Below are positions 1 through 9,769 of a stretch of 64,000 bases of DNA, in pieces. The position numbers were made by a program, and so were the translations under genes. Positions within the stretch are counted from its first letter, which is position 1. Each line of letters starts with the position of its first letter. The stretch covers positions 512,001 through 576,000 of the forward strand of contig OY970342.1 of the NCBI GenBank assembly GCA_963717505.1, written 5' to 3'. This stretch comes from Candidatus Eiseniibacteriota bacterium. GTDB taxonomy: Bacteria > Eisenbacteria > RBG-16-71-46. The notes under the pieces are model-generated. The model was not told the origin of the DNA. It saw nothing but the letters and a program-made list of their open reading frames with translations, and searched no databases.

Positions 1-168
1 TCGACGCTCTAGTTGCTGGGACCGCCGCGATGTCGCAGCGATCGGGCCTGAGCCGTTCCCCCTGCCGTGGGTTCTTGAAGAAGAGGTGGCCCCCGACGCC
101 CTTGATGCCTCCACCTAAACAAAGGAAGCAATCGGTCGCGAGTGTCGGGTGGTTTCCCGGGTTTTTCG

Positions 169-197
169 TTGACATGACCTCTGACGGAGCCTAACGT
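169..197 (+). promoter_or_regulatory. Putative sigma70 promoter TTGACA-17 bp-TAACGT
   Basis: Perfect -35 TTGACA (169-174), 17-bp spacer and TAnnnT -10 (192-197) in non-coding DNA upstream of the CDS at 644. Confidence 0.45.
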
Positions 198-643
198 TCC
201 GCCCCAGGTACCCGACGATTTTCCAGCAAACCCGCGCGGTGGCCGCCGTTTGTTGTTCGACGCGCCCAGGCCGCGCCATTCAATGCTCCTAGCCGCTTTG
301 CGCTTGAAAGCAGAGCGCATGTACACGACGGAGATCGTCCCGGGTTTCGTTTCGTGTACGGCTGGACCCCCCACCAGCCTGTCAGGACGCGGTGGCCGCC
401 GCTGATCAAATGCGTCCGGAGCCGCGCCATGGCCTCAATTGGTTTCGTTCTCACTCGGAGTGCGAACTCCCGGTGCGAAAGTGAGGTGTTTGGCTCTTTC
501 TTTTGTTCAGCCTCCTGGCTGACTCACTGAACTTGCCCCTTGGCTCATTCGCAATTTCATTGACGTTTCAGGCCGCGGCTTCGCTTCCACATTCGAGTCG
601 CGAAAACGTTCGGCAACACCCCCAGTGGAACGGAGGAAATGCG

Positions 644-3600
644 ATGACGCACACGAGAACTCGCCCCAAGACATGGCGACATGGTTGGGGCGTCTTGATT
701 TTCCTGGCCGCCTTGCTGGCCCCGGCAGCCGCGCACGCGATATCGAGCGATATCGTGATCAGCCAGGTGTACGGCGGCGGCGGCAATGCCGGCTCCGTAT
801 TCACCAATGACTTTATCGAGCTGCACAACCGTGGCACGTCGCCGGTGAATGTTTCCACGTGGAGCGTTCAGTACGCATCCGCGGCGGGCACCTCGTGGCT
901 GAAGACGAACCTCACGGGGACCGACCCCATCCCGGCCGGCGGGTACCTGCTGATTCAGATGGCGGCAGGGACAGGTGGCACAACTCCCCTCCCGACACCG
1001 GAAGTCATCGGGACGACCAACATGAGCGCTACGGCCGGCAAGGTGGCGCTGGTCAATGATCAGACCACGATTGGAGCAATTTCCTGTCCCACCGGGGCCA
1101 CCATCGTGGACTTCGTTGGCTTCGGCACAACTGCCAACTGCTTTGAGGGCACAGGGCCGACGCCGGCGCCAAGCAATACCAACGCGGTGCTCCGTGGCGA
1201 CGCGGGCTGCACAGAAACCGACAGCAACTCCAGCGACTTCGCTGCGGGCGCCCCGACACCGCGTAACAAAGTTTCGGCCCCCGTCGCCTGTTTCTACAGC
1301 CTGACGACCACTGTCGTCGGCAATGGCTCGGTGAGCCGCAGCCCGAATGCTGCCGACTACCTGCCGGGAACTAGCGTCGATCTCAGCGCCTCCGCCGATC
1401 CAAACTGGCACTTCGTCGGATGGAGCGGCGACGCCAGCGGCTCGTCGAGCCCGGTTAGCGTATTGATGGACATGAACAAGATTGTGACCGCGACGTTCGA
1501 GATCGACACCTACACCCTGACCTATCTGGCCGGGGCCGGTGGCATGATCTCGGGCACCACTACGCAGGTGGTCGGCTACGGCAGTGACGGCACCGAAGTG
1601 GTCGCCGTGGCCAACACCGGCTACCACTTCGTCACCTGGGACGACGGCGTGCTGACCGCGGCGCGCACCGATCTCGGCGTCACCGCCGACCTCACGGCGA
1701 CCGCGTCATTCGCGATCAACACTTACACCCTGACCTACACGGCAGGCGCGAACGGCATGATCTCGGGGACCAGCCCGCAGGTCGTCGACCACGGCGCCAA
1801 CGGCAGCGAGGTGACGGCGGTGGCGGATGCCAACTATCACTTCGTCAGCTGGAGCGACGGGGTGCTGACGGCGACGCGCACCGATGAAAACGTCACCGGC
1901 GACATCACCGTCTCCGCGACGTTCGCGATCAACACCTACACCCTGACCTACACGGCCGGGGCAGGTGGCTCGATCTCCGGATCCGCAGCACAGGTGGTCA
2001 ACCACGGTGCTGATGGCACAGCGGTGACGGCGGTGGCGGATCCCAACTATCACTTCGTCGACTGGAGTGACGGGAATCCGAGCGCTTCGCGCACCGAGAC
2101 CAACGTCACGGCCAATCTCAGCTTCACCGCCAACTTCGCGATCGACACCTACACCCTGACCTACTCGGCCGGGGCAGGTGGCACGATCTCCGGATCCGCA
2201 GCACAGGTGGTCAACCACGGTGCTAATGGCACAGCGGTGACGGCGGTGGCGGATCCCAACTATCACTTCGTCGACTGGAGTGACGGCGGGGTGAACGCGA
2301 CGCGCTTCGAGACCAACGTCACGGCCAACCTCAGCTTCACCGCCAATTTCGCGATCGACACCTACACCCTGTCCTATACGGCCGGGCCCGGTGGCACGAT
2401 CTCCGGATCCGCAGCACAGGTGGTCAACCACGGTGCTAATGGCACAGCGGTGACGGCGGTGGCGGATCCCAACTATCACTTCGTCGACTGGAGTGACGGC
2501 GGGGTGAACGCGACGCGCTTCGAGACCAACGTCACGGCCAACCTCAGCTTCACCGCCAATTTCGCGATCGACACCTACACCCTGAGCTATACGGCTGGGC
2601 TCGGTGGCACGATCTCCGGATCCGCAGCACAGGTGGTCAACCACGGTGCTAATGGCACAGCGGTGACGGCGGTGGCGGATCCCAACTATCACTTCGTCGA
2701 CTGGAGTGACGGCGGGGTGAACGCGACGCGCTTCGAGACCAACGTCACGGCCAACCTCAGCTTTACCGCCAATTTCGCGATCGACACCTACACCCTGTCC
2801 TATACGGCTGGGCTCGGTGGCACGATCTCCGGATCCGCGGCACAGGTGGTCAACCACGGTGCTAATGGCACAGCGGTGACGGCGGTGGCGGATCCCAACT
2901 ATCACTTCGTCGACTGGAGTGACGGCGGGGTGAACGCGACGCGCTTCGAGACCAACGTCACGGCCAACCTCAGCTTCACCGCCAACTTCGCGCTCGACAC
3001 CTACACCCTGAGCTACACGGCGGGTACGGGTGGCTCGATTACGGGTAGCACGCTGCAGGTCGTCAACCACGGTGCCAATGGCACAGCGGTGACGGCGGTG
3101 GCGGATGCCAACTATCACTTCGTCGACTGGAGTGACGGCGGGGTTAACGCGACGCGCTTCGAGACCAACGTCACGACCAACCTCAGCTTCACCGCCAACT
3201 TCACGATCAACACCTACAAGCTGGCGGTGATCATCGTCGGCTCGGGAACCGTGACCAGGGATCCGGTCGCGGAGTTCTACGACTACGGGACGACCGTCGA
3301 GTTGGCGGCCACGCCCGCGGCCGGTTGGTACCTGGTGAACTGGACGGGAGCGGCCTCGGGAACGACGAGCCCGGTGTTCGTGTTCATGGACGCCATCAAG
3401 TCGGTCACCGCGACGTTCGCGATCAATACCTACTCGCTGGACGTGACAGTGGTGGGCAGCGGCTCGGTGGCCAAGAACCCCAATTTCCTCGAGTACAGCC
3501 ACGGCGCCAGCGTCGATCTGAGCGCGACCGCGCCCTTCGGCTGGACCTTCTCCAGCTGGAGCGGCGACGCGACCGGCAGTTCGAATCCGGTCACCCTGCT

Positions 3601-5467
3601 CATGGACGCGAACAAGGCCGTGACCGCGACCTTCATCATCAACGTCTACACGCTGACCGTGTCGACGACCGGCACGGGCTCGGTCGCCAAGAGCCTGAAT
3701 CAGGCGACGTACACCCACGGCACCAACGTGGATCTGACCGCGTCGGCGGGCGCCGGCTGGTTCTTCGTGAACTGGACCGGTAGTGCGACCGGCTCGGCGA
3801 ATCCGTTGACGGTGTTGATGGACGGCAACAAGTCCATCACCGCCCACTTCGCCGTGTCGGGCATGGTGGTCGTCAGCCAGATCTACGGCGGCGGCGGCAA
3901 TACCGGCGCGACGCTCAAGAACGACTTCATCGAGTTGTTCAATCGCAGCGACGCCCCGGTCAGCCTCGCCGGCTGGTCCGTGCAATACACCTCGGCGACC
4001 GGGACCGGAACGTGGTTGACGACCCCGCTCGCGGGTTCGATTGCAGCAGGGGGCTACTACCTGGTTCAGCAGGCTCAAGGAGCCGGCGGAACCGTGGACC
4101 TGCCCACGCCGGATGCCATCGGCACCATCGCGATGGCCCTGGGCGCTGGAAAGGTGGCCCTGGTCTCGAATACCACGGCGCTCTCGGGTTGCCCGGGCAG
4201 CGGCAGCGTCTCCGATCTGGTGGGCTACGGTTCGACGGCCAACTGCTTCGAATCCGCGCCGACCGCGACCCTCAACAACACGACCGCCGGGTTCCGCAAG
4301 GGCAACGGCTGCGTCGAAACCAACAACAACTCGGCTGACTTCCTGACGGGCGCTCCGGCGCCACGCAACAGCGCGTCGCCGATCAACACCTGCCAGTACA
4401 CGATCACGGCTTCGTCCGATCCGGTCAGCGGCGGCAACGTCGCCCTGGCCCCGAACCAGGCCTCGTATCAACTGGCGACCGTCGTCCAGGTCACCGCGGT
4501 CAAGGCCTACGGCTATCACTTCGTCGGCTGGAGCGGAGACGCGAGCGGCCTGGTCAATCCGATCCAGGTCGTGATGGATGGCGACAAGACGTTCGTGGCC
4601 CACTTCGCGCTGAACACGGTTGCCGGCGTGGTCGTCATCAGCCAGGTCTACGGCGGTGGCGGCAACACCGGAGCGCAGTACACGAACGACTACATCGAAC
4701 TGTTCAATCGCGGCAACGCCACGATCGACATCACCGGCTGGTCGCTGCAGTACGCGGCGGCGGACGGAAACACGTGGACGGGAACGACTCTGGTGGGCTC
4801 GATTCCGGCCGGGGGCTACTTCCTCGTCCGGCAGGCGGCCGGTGCGGGTGGGATCGGCGCTCCCCTGCCGACGCCCGACAACATCGGCGACATCGAGATG
4901 GGCGCCGTCGAAGGCAAGGTCGCGCTGGTCAGCAACACGACCACGCTGTCCTCGAACTGCCCGACGGGTGTGCACATCATCGATTTCGTGGGCTACGGCG
5001 CAGCGGATTGCTCCGAAGGCTCACCCGCCTCCGACATCGACAACGTCACGGCGCTGTTCCGTAACGAGGATGGATGCCGGGACAAGGACGACAACCTGAC
5101 CGACTTCTCGGTGGCGGCTCCGGCGCCGCGGAACAGCGCGACGCCGATCAACACCTGCGACGAGTGGCTCGCCGTGGACGAGGAGCCGGCCGTGGAACTC
5201 GCCCTTGGAGCGCTTTCACCGAACCCGACGCGGGGTGCGCTGCACATTCCGTTCGCACTGCCGCGAGAGTCGGAGGTCCGAATCCGGGTGCTCGACATCC
5301 AGGGCCGCATCGTGGCGTCTGTTGCCGAGGGAGTGTTCTCGGCGGGACGGCATGAGCTGACGTGGTCCGGGATCACTCGGAGCGGCCCCGCTCGCTCGGG
5401 AGTGTATTTCGTCCAGATGAACGTGGCCGGCAAGGACTTCGTGAAGAGGATTTCGGTCACGAACTAA
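644..5467 (+). CDS. Secreted surface protein: 3 lamin-tail (LTD) domains, InlB-B/Flg_new-like repeats, C-terminal FlgD-Ig/T9SS-like sorting domain
   Basis: GGAGG RBS at 632-636 before ATG 644; signal peptide ending AAAHA; three 'V(I/V)SQ(V/I)YGGGGN...ND(F/Y)IEL.NR' domains; repeats 'YTLTY.AG.GG.ISG...A.A..NYHFV.WSD'; C-terminus 'SPNPTRG...LDIQGRIV...WSG...SGVYFVQM'. Confidence 0.85.
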   Translation: MTHTRTRPKTWRHGWGVLIFLAALLAPAAAHAISSDIVISQVYGGGGNAGSVFTNDFIELHNRGTSPVNVSTWSVQYASAAGTSWLKTNLTGTDPIPAGGYLLIQMAAGTGGTTPLPTPEVIGTTNMSATAGKVALVNDQTTIGAISCPTGATIVDFVGFGTTANCFEGTGPTPAPSNTNAVLRGDAGCTETDSNSSDFAAGAPTPRNKVSAPVACFYSLTTTVVGNGSVSRSPNAADYLPGTSVDLSASADPNWHFVGWSGDASGSSSPVSVLMDMNKIVTATFEIDTYTLTYLAGAGGMISGTTTQVVGYGSDGTEVVAVANTGYHFVTWDDGVLTAARTDLGVTADLTATASFAINTYTLTYTAGANGMISGTSPQVVDHGANGSEVTAVADANYHFVSWSDGVLTATRTDENVTGDITVSATFAINTYTLTYTAGAGGSISGSAAQVVNHGADGTAVTAVADPNYHFVDWSDGNPSASRTETNVTANLSFTANFAIDTYTLTYSAGAGGTISGSAAQVVNHGANGTAVTAVADPNYHFVDWSDGGVNATRFETNVTANLSFTANFAIDTYTLSYTAGPGGTISGSAAQVVNHGANGTAVTAVADPNYHFVDWSDGGVNATRFETNVTANLSFTANFAIDTYTLSYTAGLGGTISGSAAQVVNHGANGTAVTAVADPNYHFVDWSDGGVNATRFETNVTANLSFTANFAIDTYTLSYTAGLGGTISGSAAQVVNHGANGTAVTAVADPNYHFVDWSDGGVNATRFETNVTANLSFTANFALDTYTLSYTAGTGGSITGSTLQVVNHGANGTAVTAVADANYHFVDWSDGGVNATRFETNVTTNLSFTANFTINTYKLAVIIVGSGTVTRDPVAEFYDYGTTVELAATPAAGWYLVNWTGAASGTTSPVFVFMDAIKSVTATFAINTYSLDVTVVGSGSVAKNPNFLEYSHGASVDLSATAPFGWTFSSWSGDATGSSNPVTLLMDANKAVTATFIINVYTLTVSTTGTGSVAKSLNQATYTHGTNVDLTASAGAGWFFVNWTGSATGSANPLTVLMDGNKSITAHFAVSGMVVVSQIYGGGGNTGATLKNDFIELFNRSDAPVSLAGWSVQYTSATGTGTWLTTPLAGSIAAGGYYLVQQAQGAGGTVDLPTPDAIGTIAMALGAGKVALVSNTTALSGCPGSGSVSDLVGYGSTANCFESAPTATLNNTTAGFRKGNGCVETNNNSADFLTGAPAPRNSASPINTCQYTITASSDPVSGGNVALAPNQASYQLATVVQVTAVKAYGYHFVGWSGDASGLVNPIQVVMDGDKTFVAHFALNTVAGVVVISQVYGGGGNTGAQYTNDYIELFNRGNATIDITGWSLQYAAADGNTWTGTTLVGSIPAGGYFLVRQAAGAGGIGAPLPTPDNIGDIEMGAVEGKVALVSNTTTLSSNCPTGVHIIDFVGYGAADCSEGSPASDIDNVTALFRNEDGCRDKDDNLTDFSVAAPAPRNSATPINTCDEWLAVDEEPAVELALGALSPNPTRGALHIPFALPRESEVRIRVLDIQGRIVASVAEGVFSAGRHELTWSGITRSGPARSGVYFVQMNVAGKDFVKRISVTN
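1505..3208 (+). repeat. Eight tandem 213-bp (71-aa) coding repeats; central copies nearly identical
   Basis: Unit starts ((a/g)acac(c/t)tacaccctg) at 1505, 1718, 1931, 2144, 2357, 2570, 2783 and 2996, each 213 bp apart. Confidence 0.95.
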
Positions 5468-5561
5468 CCCGCTTCGCAATCCGTATCGCTTCATCGCGGT
5501 CCCTCGGCATCCGGCCCCTAGCATCGGGCCGGGCCGGGGGACTGCGCGTTTCGGCTCGATC

Positions 5562-6827
5562 TCAGCCGAGCTTCTCGACGTGCGTCGGCGGAGTGGCCGA
5601 CGTCTCTGCGGCTTCGCGCGCCGCGATCACGCGCAGGCGATACGCGACCCAGAACGCCCCGGCGAACAGAACCAGGGCACTGAAACTGGTCGCCCACGGA
5701 GCGCCCCAGCGCTGGGCGATCGAGCCGCACAGCAGAGCGCCAAATGGGGCCGAGCCCACGAACATGACCGTGTAGAAGCTCATCACCCGGCCTCGATAGC
5801 GATCGTCGGTGGTGACCTGGAGCAGCGTGTTCGTGGTCGCGACGTAGAGGATGAGCCCGAATCCGGACAGGAACCCCCCGGCCATCGAAAGCGAAAGCGT
5901 CCGGGACCACGCCAGCGTCAACATGCCGGCTGCAGCCACCAACAGGCCAATCAGCAGGTTGCGGCGCAGATCCCAGCGGCTCAGGCGGCGAGTCATCAGC
6001 ACCGCGGCGACCAACGAGCCAACCCCGAACGCCGACACCAGGAGCCCGTAGCCGTGCGCACCCGAGCCCAGGATTTCGCGCGCATAGACCGGCAGCAGCA
6101 CCATGTACTGAAAGCCGAGACCGGACACGAATCCGAGCAGAACCAGGAGATTGCGCAGCGGTCGCAGCTCGAGGACGTAACGCAAGCCCTCGCGCAGGGT
6201 GAGCTCGGAGCCCGACCGAGCGCCCGACGGCGGTTTGGCGCCGATCCGCGCCAGGCAGTAAAGCACGACCAGATAGGAAACAGCGTTGATCCAGAAACAG
6301 GCGGCCTCACCCAGGCTCGCCACCAGGATTCCGGCGATCGCGGGGCCGACGATCCGTGCCGTGTTGAACGCCGCCGAGTTGAGCGCAATGCCGTTCGACA
6401 AGTCCTCCTTGCCCACCAGATCCACCAGGAACGACTGGCGGGCCGGCAGGTCGAAGGCGTTGAAAACGCCATAGGCGAACGCGAACACCAGGATCATCCA
6501 GGGCTGAACCACCCCGGTCGAGACCGCGGTCGCAATCGCCACCGCCTGAGCCAGGGCGGCGCTCTGAGTGAGCATGAGCATGCGGCGCTTGTCGGTGCGA
6601 TCGGCGATCACGCCGGCCCACAGGCTGAACATGAGCACCGGAACGAACTGGGTGAACGTCAGCAGGCCGAGCATGAACGCCGAAGAGGTCAGGCGATGCA
6701 TGAGCCAACCCTGGGCCACGCTCTGCATCCAGGTGCCGATCAGCGAGACCAGCTGTCCGCTCCAGTAGAGGCGGTAGTCGCGGTGGCGGAGCGCGCGAAA
6801 GCGATCGCTCAATGCGTGGGCGGACAT
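5562..6827 (-). CDS. MFS transporter (MFS_3/EntS-like family)
   Basis: About 12 hydrophobic segments; 'RDYRLYWSGQLVSLIGTWMQ', 'GVIADRTDKRR', 'DLPARQS', 'RGRVMS' motifs. Confidence 0.9.
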   Translation of the reverse strand: MSAHALSDRFRALRHRDYRLYWSGQLVSLIGTWMQSVAQGWLMHRLTSSAFMLGLLTFTQFVPVLMFSLWAGVIADRTDKRRMLMLTQSAALAQAVAIATAVSTGVVQPWMILVFAFAYGVFNAFDLPARQSFLVDLVGKEDLSNGIALNSAAFNTARIVGPAIAGILVASLGEAACFWINAVSYLVVLYCLARIGAKPPSGARSGSELTLREGLRYVLELRPLRNLLVLLGFVSGLGFQYMVLLPVYAREILGSGAHGYGLLVSAFGVGSLVAAVLMTRRLSRWDLRRNLLIGLLVAAAGMLTLAWSRTLSLSMAGGFLSGFGLILYVATTNTLLQVTTDDRYRGRVMSFYTVMFVGSAPFGALLCGSIAQRWGAPWATSFSALVLFAGAFWVAYRLRVIAAREAAETSATPPTHVEKLG

Positions 6828-6872
6828 GCAGGCGCGCACGCTACAGGCGCGCGGTCGCGACGCCAAACTTCG

Positions 6873-7757
6873 TCAGGCGCTGGTTTCGTGTTTCGTGACC
6901 CACCTCGCGATGTGGCCCGTGAGCCACTCCGGCCGTGACAGGGGATGCAGGTGGCTGACCTCGGGCGCGACTTCGAACGCGGCCCCGGGAATGCATTCGC
7001 GCAGCTCGTCGGCGGCGCCACGGGCGAACACGCTCTCGCGCTCGCCCACGACGACCAGGGCCGGAGGCTCGAGGCCCCGCAGCGCCGCACGCGTGTCGTG
7101 CCGGAACACCAGCTCGAGGCACGCGCGAGCCTGGGCCCAGGTCGTCGCGCGCATGCACTCGCGAACGAACGTCAGCACGTCGTCGTCGCAGTACGGGTCG
7201 TAGACCCAGGCGTAGCGCCGAGCCAGTCGGCGAGCCACCTCCTGCGCGGCGCGGTCGGGGAGCAGCCGCTGCCCGGCCACGACCAGCGGCTGCTCGACGA
7301 ATCGCGCCCACCGGTTGCCGCGCGGATTCGTGACCCGCGCGAAGCTGCTCGACAGGACCAGGGAGCGAACCCGCCACGGGTGGGCCAGGGCCCACCGCTG
7401 CGCGAGGGCGCCGCCCATCGAGTGGCCGACGAGGTGCAGCGGCTCGGGAGCGAACGCGTCGAGGATGCGGTCGAGGTCGCGCAGCAGGGCGTCCCAGGAA
7501 GGTGGCTCGCCATGCCCGACCCGCAGGTCCATCGTCACCACCCGGAACCGGCGCGCGAGCAGCGGGGCGCACCGAATCCACGCCTCCTTGAATCCGGGCA
7601 GAGGCGGGAGGAGCACGACGCTGGGCCCACTTCCCATCTCGATCACCTCGGTCGCGCCGGGTTCGAGCCGGAAGTGCCGCGGCGCCCAGCCTTCGAGCCA
7701 GCGTGCAGGCACCTTCGTGCGCCAGGCCGGATGCAACCGACTATCGGGAGTGGCCAG
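6873..7757 (-). CDS. Alpha/beta fold hydrolase
   Basis: GHSMGG nucleophile elbow, C-terminal 'SHL..L..P' His motif; start uncertain (CTG 7757 after GGAGG, or ATG 7637). Confidence 0.8.
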   Translation of the reverse strand: MATPDSRLHPAWRTKVPARWLEGWAPRHFRLEPGATEVIEMGSGPSVVLLPPLPGFKEAWIRCAPLLARRFRVVTMDLRVGHGEPPSWDALLRDLDRILDAFAPEPLHLVGHSMGGALAQRWALAHPWRVRSLVLSSSFARVTNPRGNRWARFVEQPLVVAGQRLLPDRAAQEVARRLARRYAWVYDPYCDDDVLTFVRECMRATTWAQARACLELVFRHDTRAALRGLEPPALVVVGERESVFARGAADELRECIPGAAFEVAPEVSHLHPLSRPEWLTGHIARWVTKHETSA

Positions 7758-7787
7758 CGTGCCTCCGTGAAAGGTAGGGTAGTTCGC

Positions 7788-9743
7788 GTGAGTATAGCGT
7801 TGCCGCGGATGTCGGCGGCTGTGGCCGCCCTTCTCCTGTCGCCGGTGCTCGCGGTGGCCGGGGACTCGCGAGAAAAGGCCGAGTTCCTGTATCGATCCGC
7901 CATCGAGCGGTTCGAACGCGGCACGGTCGATGATCGTCGTGCCGCCATGGAACATCTGCGCGAGGCGGTGAGCCTCAATCCACGGGAGCCGCGCTATCTG
8001 CTCGCCCTGGGCCGCACCAACGACCGCATGGGGTACTACTCCGAGGCCCGGCGATACTACGAAGACGCACGAGAGCTCGCGCCGAACGATCCGCAGGCCC
8101 TGACCTGCATCGGGCTCAGTTGGAAGCGAGAATGGCTGCACCACTTCGAGTCGGCCGCCCTCGACAGCGCCCTGATCGCGTGCACCGAGGTCACGCGGCT
8201 CCGGCCGTACTCCAGCGACGCCTGGCTGGCGTTGGTTCCGCTGCGCAGCGAACGCGGCGACGCCCAAGGTGCATTCGAAGCGGCCGAACGTGCTGCCGCG
8301 TTGTCCCCCCGACGTCCCGGCCCGTTGCTGGCCCGCGCCTGCATGGACGTGAACATGGGAAACAACCAGCGTGCTGACACCACGTTCGCGGCAGCGCTTC
8401 CGCGCCTCGACCCGACGCTGCGCGGATTCATCGAGGATTTCTCGCCGATTGCCGACCCGGCCATTGCCGCCAACATCCGCGTGCTGCCCGACTCGCTGCA
8501 ACCCTCGGCGGTCGCGCGGTTCTGGGCCCGGCTGGATCCCGACCCGACCTCGCGCGAGAACGAAGCGCTGCTCGAGTACCGTGCCCGCGCCGTCTATGCC
8601 TGGCTGTTGTTCTCCGATCCGATCACCGGCGCACTCGATACGCGCGCACAGATCTACAAACGCTATGGTCCACCGGACGCAATGATCCACAATCCGATGG
8701 GCGAGCGTCTCGAATACACGCACAACCGCAACTATCTCGGCGCGGGAGGCATGGCCTTCAACTGGCAGACCCGTAACCAGAGCCTCGCGAGCTATTCGAT
8801 GAACGCGCTGGTGTGGCACTACCCCGAGGTCGGCATGCGCATTCTACTCAACGATCGTTCGCTGACCGGCTTCTGGGACTACCCGATCCAGCTCGATTTC
8901 GATCCGCAAACGGCGCCGCGCAAAGACATGGTCGCCCGACAGGGCGACCTGATGACCACCGGCGATGGGCGCGGCCTGTTCCACACGCTGCCGCCGCGTG
9001 AGCGGCGGCTCGACGTCCAGGGCGCGATCGCACGTTTCCAAAGCGATCGCGGCCCGCGCATGCTCGTCCAGGTCGGCGTCCCCGGTGGCCCCGCCGAACG
9101 GCTCGAGTCGAGCTGGGTCGTGCTCGACTCCACCGGAACCGAGGTCGCGCGTGGCGCGGCCGAGGTCGAGCTCTCGGCGTGCGACCCCGCCGAGACTCGA
9201 ATCGCGTCGTTTGCCACCGACGTTCCGCCCGGCGACTACCAGGTCGCGCTGTCGGTCACCGACGCCCGGGCGCGGAAGGGGCTGTACAAGTCGCGCGCCT
9301 CGCTGGCGCCGACCCCGAGCGGGCTCGCCTTGAGCGACGTGGTTCTGTCGTGCGCGGGGGTCACGACCACGCTCGAGCCGGAGAATCCGCGCATCGAGAT
9401 CGACGCGAGCGGCCGGGTGCGCGGCATCGAACCTCTGGTGGTCTACTTCGAGATCTATGGCCTGGTCCCCGAGGCGAGCGGCCAGGCGCGGTTCGAATAC
9501 GACGTGCGGGTCCGGCCACTGGTCGATCGACGGGGTTGGTGGCAGCGGGCGTTTGGCGGCTCCGTGCCCCCACCGGTGGTCCAGGTTCGCCGGGAGGAAT
9601 CGAATGTCGGCGCCCTGCGCCGGCAGTTCGTCACGGTTCCCGCGCGCGAACTGGCGCCCGGGCACTACCGGCTCGAGATCGACGTGCGCGACCAGGTGTC
9701 GGGCGCCACCGTCACCGGCACCGCCGAGTTCGTGGCCGACTGA
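7788..9743 (+). CDS. Exported TPR + GWxTD-family domain protein with two C-terminal Ig-like domains
   Basis: Signal peptide; TPR helices; 'RFWARLDPDPTSRENE..EY..R...A...F...GALDTRAQIYKRYGPPD' matches the GWxTD pattern; 'LVVYFEIYGL' and 'LAPGHYRLEIDVRD' C-terminal domain; start GTG 7788 or ATG 7809. Confidence 0.75.
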   Translation: MSIALPRMSAAVAALLLSPVLAVAGDSREKAEFLYRSAIERFERGTVDDRRAAMEHLREAVSLNPREPRYLLALGRTNDRMGYYSEARRYYEDARELAPNDPQALTCIGLSWKREWLHHFESAALDSALIACTEVTRLRPYSSDAWLALVPLRSERGDAQGAFEAAERAAALSPRRPGPLLARACMDVNMGNNQRADTTFAAALPRLDPTLRGFIEDFSPIADPAIAANIRVLPDSLQPSAVARFWARLDPDPTSRENEALLEYRARAVYAWLLFSDPITGALDTRAQIYKRYGPPDAMIHNPMGERLEYTHNRNYLGAGGMAFNWQTRNQSLASYSMNALVWHYPEVGMRILLNDRSLTGFWDYPIQLDFDPQTAPRKDMVARQGDLMTTGDGRGLFHTLPPRERRLDVQGAIARFQSDRGPRMLVQVGVPGGPAERLESSWVVLDSTGTEVARGAAEVELSACDPAETRIASFATDVPPGDYQVALSVTDARARKGLYKSRASLAPTPSGLALSDVVLSCAGVTTTLEPENPRIEIDASGRVRGIEPLVVYFEIYGLVPEASGQARFEYDVRVRPLVDRRGWWQRAFGGSVPPPVVQVRREESNVGALRRQFVTVPARELAPGHYRLEIDVRDQVSGATVTGTAEFVAD

Positions 9744-9769
9744 AGCATGGCGCCCTGGAGTCTGGCAGC

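Noticed and set aside
1505-3208. Regular tandem repeats as a CRISPR array
   Set aside because: Units are 213 bp, in frame, protein-coding and lack unique spacers; no cas genes in the window
1706-4975. Long antisense ORFs (also 12499-15348, 28891-31500, 54353-57295, 57520-60705)
   Set aside because: Shadow frames of GC-rich genes; Arg/Gly/Val-rich translations with no recognisable motifs
6945-7787. Apparent long bidirectional overlap of the hydrolase and GWxTD ORFs
   Set aside because: Plausible starts are divergent at about 7757 (-) and 7788/7809 (+); the extensions are just stop-free frames
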